A stretch of 64,000 bases of DNA from Fimbriosthenelais zetlandica (lineage: Eukaryota): NCBI GenBank assembly GCA_977030845.1, contig OZ365110.1, forward strand, positions 32,302,001 through 32,366,000. The letters are read 5' to 3'. The position numbers were made by a program, and so were the translations under genes. Positions 38,949 to 49,600 of the stretch are shown here, piece after piece; positions within the stretch are counted from its first letter, which is position 1; each line of letters starts with the position of its first letter. Under the pieces are notes generated by a model that did not search any database, was not told where the DNA came from, and saw only the letters and a program-made list of their open reading frames with translations.

Positions 38949-41423
38949 CACTAGTTTTTCTGAAAGCAAGAAAAAACACTGGTCATCACCAAACATGATA
39001 CTTATCATATTTAACTTCATAAGTTGAGCAGAGCATGCACATTATAGGATGAATCCCCTAGTTATTTCTAACACTAGGCCTAAATGATTACCTCTATTAT
39101 ACAATAGGCCTACTTATCGAGTTTTACTCTGAGATAATAATACATGTAAATACTATATATATTTATAACATAGGTGAGAACACAATTATATTGGATATCT
39201 CACTATACCTACATATTCCTCTGAATTTTACACTCGCATGGGAAGCTAGGGCCCTGAGTGGCATAGGCCTCTATATAGCCCTCATCCTTACCACAGGACC
39301 CAGTAATTTTTATGTTTTTAAAACCAACGGGAGCTTAAACTCAGAATTGAGTTTTCTATCCTGTGTCCTTTATCAATTCTATCAATAACAGAATATTATT
39401 TTGGCCACTTTCCGATCAGAATATCAAATGTGAGCGAGTTTTTGTTTGTCAGATATTATTTGTCAGAAATGGAATATTTTATTTATTTGCACCCTAATAT
39501 GAGGATAAAATATTTATTTTTATCATCCCTTGTGTATTTTTTTTTTTTCACCTATACTCCCAAGGAAATGATTTATTAAAAAAAAAACACTACTTAGCTA
39601 ACAATCATGGAAAACCTAACCAAGGCTAAAACTTGGTTAGAAAACACATCATAATCAAAGATTGTGAGAATTAACCACAACATTGCCATATATAGAGGGT
39701 ACCACCCGATTTTTCTCTTCGTTTTCTTCTTGAAACCCCATACATGTTTATGACTATTCACTACCAGTAGGCTTAATTGTGGGAGTCATAAGCATAGATA
39801 TATTGACAAGGAAATGCTATGGGCCTATATACCTACAGGCCTTCGACTTAGCCTCTAGGTCGAGGCCAACATATTATTTTAATGGGCACAGGCCTAGGCC
39901 TACCGGTAGGCCTATCGTAAATCATATTAGGCCTATAGGCTAAAATCTACTTATCAAGCTTATCAAGACTATAGAACCTACCAATAAAATGTATAGCTAG
40001 CCTCTGATTTTGGGATAAGCTCGATTATTAACTTAGGCCTATAGGCTAGGCCTACCTATATTTTTTTTAATTTTATTAATAGGCCAGCATTGTGCATATT
40101 TATTTTTAAGATCTTTTTGAAATATTTTACACCGGCCTACTATTTAGGGGCTAAGATCTAGACCCTATTATTTCTGGAAAATATATTTTTTTTAAATTGG
40201 CTGACACATTTTCTCTCATACGAGGTGTTTAAAAATTGAAATAATTATAGGCCTGGATAAAAATAAATAGTGGAAATTCTTATGATAAAAAGGTTCAAAA
40301 CGTGAATAGTTCGTCACTACCAAATAATAGTTGTCCCAGAACGTGGCTGCGGGGCTACAACGGGTTACAAGAGGCGGGGGCTTGTTTCAAAGTAAATCAG
40401 GTCTGGCTCAGTCCCTGTCCTCGCCCAAATTATCTGACAGTGATATCATTTATTTAATTTCTTTTGGGAGTCAAGACTGACATTTTATTAGACGAGGAAA
40501 ATATTGGAGAGATTGGGGAACTTTTTATCCGTCATTAGATATTGTATTTTTTAGTTAATTTCAAATTTATTGACCACCGTAAATTATTACATCGCCAGAA
40601 ACCCCCCACGTCGTGTGCGTCAGCACCAAAGTCATAGAACTAGTTGATCAAGTGGAATCGGTTTACAAGGGAAACAAGTGGATTTATATACGTTTCCGTA
40701 TATAGATATAAAGAAAAAACTGCAATCAGTGCAGGTAGGCATATATTACGTATGAATATTCAAATATAAATCGTTGAATATGTCTATAGATCTAACTATT
40801 CCTAGACCTATGTTTAGGTTCTGTCTCTGCCTGACAAAAGCAACGGACATGACACATGACCTAGATAGGGCAGGCTAGATCATCATCATAGATGAAGTCA
40901 TCTCATGTTTAGAATAATAGGCCTACATGCCTAGCCCAAGCCCTAATCCAAGATAAGATAGGAAAAATAAATTGACAATATTTTCTGGAAACAACGGGCA
41001 TGTTTTGGCCTTTGTCTCTCACTCTGACTGCGCCTTGCAGGTGCTCGTGCATAGGTCTTTTTGGGTGGAAAACTGAATGGTGTTCAGTACAATAAATATT
41101 TTCTCCCAAGAAAAATAATCACAAAATTGAATTCAGTCTGACATCGGCATTGAGATCTAACGTTAGTTTTCTAAAGGAATTTACTTACCACTGTACTTGT
41201 TGGGTTGAACGGGTCCTACGGGGTAGCGCTAGTAGTGGTCAGTGACACTGTCCATCGGAAAACGTCAAACGCGGGAGCTGGCACCGGGTGACGTCCGGCG
41301 GTAACCTAGGTCACGACGGAAGTCACGTGACCGTCGGCTCGCTTAAGTGGGAACATAGACCGTCAAGCGGTCTATGGTGGGAAGCTTAACGCGCTGCGGC
41401 GATCGGTGACAGTGCCGCTTTAA

Positions 41424-41750
41424 GTACTTAAGCCTTGTTCATCGACGGAAGATTCGGAAACTAAAGATTTTCAAGATGGCCGCCGTGCACAAACCTCAGT
41501 TCAGCTTTTCGCCGCCTACAGGGAGGGCGGTAGCGTCGCTACATTCGCACGACAGCACAAGTAGGCCTACGCCACCACCGGGGGAACTAGTCAAAAACGG
41601 TGAGAGTTGTAACCTGCCAGTGGTTACAACGAGCCAAGATGGCCGACAAAAACATAGTTTCTTCACCGAAACAAAAATAAAGACGTTTAGAGGCCCTACC
41701 GTACTGTTCATCTGGGTAAAAATCACAAGTTTTCATTTCAAGATCAAGTA
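41424..41750 (+). promoter_or_regulatory. FAM204A promoter / non-coding first exon (continuation of the interrupted module)
   Basis: CpG-rich; YY1-like caagatggccgcc (~41472) and caagatggccgac (~41636). Candidate donors at 41600 (acg|gtgaga) and 41751 (gta|gtaagt); acceptor at 42143 before the ATG exon. Confidence 0.55.
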
Positions 41751-42161
41751 GTAAGTCACTAAGTCGCGGGGTTGCTTTTGATTTCAATGAAACCCTTTAA
41801 ATATGGCAATTTATTGAGTGGGCGAAGCACTTGAGCGATAAAGGAGTGATTTTCCATAGGCGGTGCCCTCACAAAATGAAATAGTAACTGACAGAGTAAC
41901 TGGGTTCCGTTTCAAAACAAAGTCTGGATAGCCTGCCATAAGAAAGATGACGATTTTACTATCGATATCAGATTGCCGAAATTATGTCAGTAGATATCTA
42001 GGCCTTCTGCCAAGTTCTGGTTTCCTATTTCCTGCTATTTCTGGCTACCACTGCCTGGCACAAGCTAGCTAGTAACAGCACAGTTTTCTGATGATATTTT
42101 TTTGCAAGTACCCGGTAATATTTCCGTATAATTTTCTCTCCAGATACATAATTGAACAACA

Positions 42162-44511
42162 ATGGATTATCGAGTACCCAAGCTCCATCCAGACCCTGAT
42201 ACAGAACAAAGTCTTATGGAATCATTGGATAATGAGAGTAAAAATGGCCAAGCTAGTCACAAAAAGCTGAACACTGGGGTTGAGAAACACAAGGATCCCC
42301 CTTCTGAGCAACCCAAAGGTGTTCCAAAAGCCATGTGGCAGGTGAGTTGATTTTTGATTGATTTAGGCCTATTATTTTTTTTTAGTTTATCTGGATTCAA
42401 GATGCAAGTCAGATATGAGAAAAGATTACCCTACCAGTAGGCCTAGGCTTACCGCCAACTTCCATAAACTTGGAGTTTACTCCATAATACAAATCCATTG
42501 CCTAAGTAGGCCTATCTGTATCAAGTCAATCTCATAACTCTTAAATTGGAAGAATATCTACCGTGTCTAATCTCTCCAAAATATTCTTTAAGCCTTGAAA
42601 CTAAAAATAGGTTTGTTTTAATTATCATACTTTTTTGGGTTTGATTGGTAGAGATTTCAGACACTCCAGAATAAACGGATGGCGATGACAAAGACTTCAA
42701 GAGAAGCACGCGCCAAGGAGGTCAGGAATGAAGTTCTCCAAAAAGGTTTGCTTTAACTAAATAATTATTAAAAATTATTATTATGACTAATTAAAATTAT
42801 TATTGGTTGGAATTGCATCCATAATTTTCAATTAAAAAAGATCTAACTAGATCGCACTATGAAAAACGGTTAAACCGTCTTGCGTCTTAGATGTAAAGTA
42901 CAGTAGAATTAGTTCCCTCTAGGCCTACTTTTCCATTCTCTAAACTATATTTTCCCCTTGTCTTTTCATTTCAGTAAAGAATCAATTCAATGAAGCAGAT
43001 TTAGAAATTTTGAAGGAATACAATGTTTCAACCGTTGAGGAACCAGGGCCTAGTAGTAGGAAACGCCCCAAAGAAAGTGAAAAATCGAGTGCAGAAGAAT
43101 GCAATGATAAACGATCAAAAAGGTATGGTAAATTTTCATTTTCTTTCATATCTTCAAAATTTAATCAAAATATTCTATTTTATTTTGGTCTTGGCCTCAT
43201 ATATTTCCCGTTTCAATTTTGGAGTTAGTAAATTCCAAAATTAGTCCTCGACTCAATATTGCCAGGAAATGAATATTCCTTTTATATAAGGTACCGTATA
43301 TAAAATGTTCATTTATTTTTTAGCAGTGAGGAGGGGGAGGAAGATTGGAGTTCAGTAAGGAAATACATTGATGTGAATAAACATTTGGATGGAGTTGACC
43401 GTGGCAGACACGCACCTAAAGTGAGATTAATTATAATAATAAATTATTTATAATATAAATCAATTCTTTCCATTAGTTAATTTTTTATCTATATATATTT
43501 TTAAATAGTCGCGGCTTATACACCGGCAAGTACGGTATTAAAATACCGTACTTGCCGGTGTATAAGCCGCGACTTTTTTTTCCCAAAAATTCGCGTTCAA
43601 CGACGCGATTTTTATCTAGATTTCTATACAAAGCAGCGGCCAGGGGGTGCGGCTTATACACCAGTAAATACGGTAATCTGTATCACCCTGATGGTGATTT
43701 TTAATCCAATCGTTTTCTATAGCTTATATACAGCTGAGACCAACAAGGTCCCGGGGCGTCTGATTATATTTGTAATTTTTCATGTCAGCTAATTAGTTTA
43801 TTTTTGTCAATTATTTTGATCCAGACTAAGTTAGAAGAGAATATCGATGCCGCCATTGCACGTGGTGACTACGATAGAGCCGAGTCTTTAAGTAACGATC
43901 TGGCAACCAGAGATGTAGGTAGACTATATAATAATCAAATGGAATATAAACTGAAATTTGATAAGAAACATATGGGAAAACCTTCAATTGGAATATACTG
44001 AGAACACCTCCGATATATTTTTTTTCTAGTTTGGAAAAAAGATAGCTGACGCATTTGATGCCAAGAGATACAGTGACCAAAAACAGGTATGTGGAAATTT
44101 GAAGAGTAATTATGGTTTGCATTACTATATTATGTAGGAGGTCTATGTTACCTTTGAATGAATGAATGGATAGATGGATTGGCAGGCAGAGCAATGGATG
44201 AATTAATCATTAAATCGATGGGAAAATGGATTAATGATTGGAGACATTGCATTTTAGGACCGATGCAAGAAAGTCAAATGCAAAACAAATAAATTGCAAT
44301 TTCCTTTTCAGAAAGATGAGGCCTTGACAAATGAGAGAAAGAAGAGGAAAGTGGCCTGGAGGTAAATACTACTTACCGGTATATTTTATAGGAGTAGTAA
44401 CTGAATTGTTCTCTGAATTTAAATTGTTTTCTATTCCATACTGGGATTTGTATGTTATTTCTTTTTAGGTTTGACCATAAGGAAAGGTGGGAAACGAAAG
44501 GCAACATGTAG
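42162..44511 (+). CDS. FAM204A: FAM204A ortholog (252 aa, 8 coding exons)
   Basis: Exons 42162-42341, 42652-42745, 42975-43122, 43324-43420, 43825-43914, 44030-44086, 44312-44361, 44469-44511 (759 nt). KLEENIDAAIARGDYDRAESLSNDLATRDFGKKIA...RKKRKVAWRFDHKERWETKGNM matches the FAM204A C-terminus as I recall it (..[35 protein letters not shown]). Confidence 0.9.
43546..43673. mobile_element. 128-bp Tc2/pogo-like (CCGT-ended) MITE with TA flanks, in FAM204A intron 4
   Basis: ta|ccgtacttgccggtgtataagccgc ... gcggcttatacaccagtaaatacgg|ta; imperfect 25-bp TIR. Confidence 0.8.
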
Positions 44512-46654
44512 CTTAAATTACGAAGGACATTATGAAAAATTTGAAAGCTGCAGCCCAACCCCAAGAAAAATCAATTATCTGATAATACCTTTGCTATTTA
44601 ATTCCATGGACGGATGTTCTAGAACGAGAAGTCAACGGTATTGTTTTGTCTTAGTGATTTTATTTTGCAAAATAAATCATTTCTATCGAAAAATTCTGCC
44701 TTGAGAAGTGAATAAAGATATCACAGAAGATCAGCTGCTATGGTGCATATCACATGCAGTGGAATGTGTGGTTAGGTGTGCTAATAGTGAAACATAGTGT
44801 ATGATTGAGACCGTTTCATTAAAGAAAAGTACATTAGTCAATTCTAAGACAACGGATAATGACGTTCGGTCATCATTTTCAGAAACGGTGCAATGGGTCT
44901 GGGGCATGTTTCTAAAAAGATGTGGCACAACATCCCCAAAACATTGTAGTGAATGTTGTGCAATATCTTTGGGGGAAAAAAGGCCCCAGATGCCAGACTT
45001 GGACCCTGTTATAGATGCAACTAGGAAAGGTATATATTAGAACAACTTTACAGATATATTTTCTGCACTTGAATATTTTCTGAAAAAATATCAACTTTGC
45101 TTAATAGACAGTAGGGCCGTTTCATCTATGGTAAAAATTGCTATATTAAGGAGTATAGATATTTTATCCCATTTTATTTTATGGCGTAAAATTAAGTTGA
45201 TATAGTGACAATGTATCAATTTGAGCAAAAGTGACAACCTCCTATAGGAAATTTCCTAAAATACGATTTCTCAATGGCTCATGAAACTAACACAAACATA
45301 CAAGCATACATTTGCACTTTCCAAGCGCAAAAGAAGGCATTCAAACAATCAAGAAAACGTATCAAAACTCAAAACAAAACTCAACTGGTCATAAGCAATA
45401 GACCGAATTTGGAATAAATTTAAATATGCCATAAAAAACACATGTAAGAGACAAAATAAAAACTGGAAAAAGCCCAGACGCGACACAAATAACCCAGAAA
45501 CTTCCTCAGCAGAAACAAACAGTACATATCAGTCTTTCTTCCTGATTAGACTGCAACATTTTTCAACACCATTTTGAAAATATTGGTATATGGCCAATTG
45601 CTAGGTATAAGAAGGACGGATTCCCTTGAGATTATGGACTAGAAGCTATCATAAGTGCAAATATTATTAGTGATATGATTAGTGAAATCAGGATGTTTTT
45701 GATGAAGGTTCTGCAAAAGCAGACAAATGACATCACACTAAAAGCATACATGTATGTATACCCAAACATAGTAAAACGGTGAATAATATATTTTATGTAT
45801 AAGCAGTCGGCTATTTATGAATACTGTTATATTACAAGTGCAGGTCCCACATGCCAAGAGTCCACTGTGATTTTTCAGAACAGAAGGATTCCTTCATGTA
45901 ATGCCATCTGGAATGATCTCCAAGGTATATAAGTGACGAATGGCAGAAGCAACAGATCAAGTGAATATTGAGTCACTAACACACGCGCAGTTTTTATATT
46001 AATTTCAGGCAGTGATTAGGCTCCCTGCTTCTAATATATATCCCCTGTATCCATATTATATCCGTATAATTAAGTTGAGCAGGACTTGCGATAGTTAGTA
46101 CAGCAGTTAGTGTGAACATACTTTGTTGTTGAGGTGAGTGGACATGCTTGTAAATGTAAGTAGGGCAGAATCTGGAAACTGAAACTTGTCTGAACACCAG
46201 TTCGGAAGTGATGTATAATTATTATTCACCATTGATCTCTAGCACCTATTTGGTGAACTAATTTGTACATTCCCTAACTTTGACAGTTTAGCCTACAATG
46301 AGATTCACTTATGACACTTCTGATATAATGGGGAAGATAGTAAAAGTTCAGGAAATCTCAAATTTACCTTGAATAATCCACCAAGGACTTTAAGGTCCCT
46401 ATCAAAGGGCTGGTTGGTTGATTTCATAAGAATTCAGTGAAAACAGACCTTTAGTGGTCTTAAATGTCTCAAGTTCTTAAAGATAACCTACAAGACCATT
46501 CCCCTTTATTTTCATTTTTTACAGTTTAGCCATCCCTTCCCCCCTCCTCAAAGGGACAATTGAAGAAACCACAAATATACCATCTCCAGAGAAATATCTG
46601 GATTTCCCAGGAAATCTTTGGTAGCGAGTAAAGTGCTTCATTTTTGGGGGTACT

Positions 46655-49600
46655 TTAGTCATCCAGAACCAGAATTTCCATGTCTTCTTGCTTCTTGTTA
46701 GAGTAGGACCGGCGGATGATGTCCACAGCTTCAATGTGAGACACATTGATAAAGCTTTCTCCGTCGATGGACAATACTTTCATTCCAGGCTGAAATGGTA
46801 AAGAAATATAGTTACATGTATATTCATACATTACTTCAGATATATTGGCTGAAATCTCTAAATTTGGCAACCAAATTATGCCTGAACATCCACCTTTCTA
46901 ACCTCAAATCATTTTTTATTAGAAAGTATTTTAAACATATTCAAGATATTTCCAAAAGGAAAAGGCTTAATTCAAAAGGTTCAAACGACTTATCCGAGTT
47001 TGCTGGACATTTTTCCCTGCACCCTACCAAATTCCAACTATCTGGTTCATGTAAATTACTTATCTAAACAAAAATGAGCAAAATCTAAAATTTGAATTAA
47101 AAATTTGTATTAAACAACCTTGAGTGTGCCCTCGTCAGCAGCAGCGCCTCCTGGAAACACTTGTTTAATTCTCACGTCAGGCTGTGAACGGCTGTCACAG
47201 CCACCAGAAATACTGATCCCTACAAAACATGGGGGTTTGTGTGTCAGATTAAAATTTGACAAATGAAAAAAAACACACCAGAAAACAGTCCATGAATTTC
47301 AAAAAGCCAATGAGCCGACGCTGAGATGGATTTTTTTTAATTCAGTGTCAGATCCACTGGGTCGATCTTGTCATCCTGTCAGAAGCCAATGGGTATATGC
47401 CAGGCTGAGTTATGCAAAACCAACCAGCCTGTCGGATGCCCAGTGCCATATGCCAGGCAAAGCTATGCAAGACCAACCAGTCTGGCAGATGCAAATGGGC
47501 AAAGACAGGCTGAGTTATGCAAATCAACGAGCCCGTCAGATGCCAATGGGCAAATGCCAGGTAAAGTTATGCAAGACCAACCAGCCTGCAGATGCCAATG
47601 GGCAAATGACAGGCTGAGTTATGCAAATCAACCAGCCTGTCAGATACAAATTGGCAATTCACAGGCTGAATTATGCAAGACCCACCAGTTTGTCAGATAC
47701 AAATTGGCAATTCACAGGCTGAATTATGCAAGACCAACCAGCCTGTCAAAAGGCAGAATTATGAAGAAGACTGACCCATCTGTCAGATGTCAATAGGCAA
47801 TTGACAGTTTGACCTATGGCTTAGATGAAATCAAATAAGTTAACCTAACAAAATAATATATTAAATGCTTACCTAAAGAAGCCCTTGTTTTCCCCAGCAC
47901 GACCAATGTGGGCTCCTGGACAAATACATCATCTGAATGTTCAACAGCCAGCAGATTCTCCATAGACCGTCGCTGCCTGTACAAAACATCCCCTTTACAT
48001 TCTGCTTCAGTCATAAACGCAGCAACCTCCCGACTCGATACACTGGTGGGGCTATTATTGGACATATTGGCATTCAACCTACCCCCATATCCCGAATCTG
48101 AATTCTGAGTTTGATTGGTAGGTTGGGGACTATTAGAAGAGCTGCTCCCTTCCTGCTCTTTACTGCTCAGGGACCTGCTCCCCCAACCAGGAGGGAAAAG
48201 CTCATTGGGTGACATATAAGTATCCAAGCTCAATTTAGGTCGTTCCACCGACTTTCTTCGACTACGAAGGGTATCTCGCAGTGAGTTCACTTGCGGAAGA
48301 CTTTCTGAAACTTTCTTGGTGAAAGTCCCACCAGAGCTTGCAGGTGATGGTGACTCTACAATATTATTCTCATAAAGTTCATTGCGTTGGTTTTCAACTG
48401 TTCTTGACTCTGTTTCATTCATTGAACCACTGAAGTAATCCAAGGATGGACAGGGCGACTGGGAACCCTTCGACATTGTCTCTACCTTTGGGCTTATTCT
48501 CAACAAACCCACACTGGAGTTGTTAATCACTTCTTGAGTCACATCTTCAGTGACCCATTCACTCCAGGCCCCCTCCTCCCCCTCCTCTTCCCCGGGGGGA
48601 GGTGGGTCCAGGGGAGGAGGGGGAGGGATAAAGACAGGAGGGTTCCTAGTCGGGCTGTTTAAATCCTCACTGCAGTTAGAGTGGACATCGTAGGAGCCAT
48701 ACCTGGTACTGGCTATAGTTGACATTGAAGCCACTGATCGGGGTGAATGCTGCGACTCTGGGTAATCATCATTATAATCATCGAGTTCATCTAATAGCTC
48801 CAGAGCAGCCACTAGTGAATCACTCTGAATCCCAACTACTAAATTATCATCAGAATGAATATGAACGATTTCCTCCTCCGATTTGGGAGTTTTACTCAGT
48901 AAAACAACCTCCTCGTGAACAGAGCTCCTGGGGTCTTCATCAGCCACGTCATAGACAGGTTCCGTATCATAGATCTGCCCAGTTCCATCATTACCTGGAG
49001 TTCCATCATTCGCTTGGATGGTTCCATCATTCGTGGAACCATATAAGCTACCGTTTGAATGGTGGGATGCATAGTTTTTCATGTGAGTCTTCGACTCCAT
49101 TCTTTGAGATTCAGACTCAAGTATCGGAGTCCTAGACTCAAGTATTGCAGTACTTGCATACTCCTGTACTGGACTGGAGGTCCTTATAACATGATGATTC
49201 TGAGGGGCCACCATCATCATCCCGCCTCCCACCTCCCTACTGGGACTACTGAGGGTGGATGAACTACTAATCGACCTAGGTGATCTCAGATCACCATTCC
49301 TCAATGCCTTGTACACTTTAGAATTGCTTTTTGGTCGGTGGATTTCCAGCACATGTTGGGCCGTGGGAGAACTACTAGTGACTATCTCTTTCATTCTTCG
49401 TTGGTCGGCGGAGAAGGACAGTTCATCGGTAATGGACTGGCGTTTCTCTCTAGCCAGACGGGCTAATTTTTCTCGGTTGTCTCTCTCGTCTCTCTCTACA
49501 GGAGACTTTCCTGTGTTATGGACTGGAGGATTTCTACCACCTGGAAGCGAAACAATTATATCATTCCCAAATTTGTGTCCTTCAATTTCTGAAATAGTTT

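Larger units (their letters stand above)
26505..41419 (+). mobile_element. Full-length Kolobok-superfamily DNA transposon (~14.9 kb)
   Basis: TTAA (26501-26504) then AGCGGCACTGTCA (26505-26517); TGACAGTGCCGCT (41407-41419) then TTAA (41420-41423). This is a perfect 13-bp TIR with RR/YY ends. It contains a DDE transposase and a convergent second gene, and the flanks rejoin into one repeat unit. Confidence 0.93.

Noticed and set aside
26505-41419. KolobokP-type long terminal direct repeats or His-Me nuclease
   Set aside because: No internal second copy of either end was seen, the direct repeats lie outside the TIRs, and the second gene is ballast-like rather than HNH-like.
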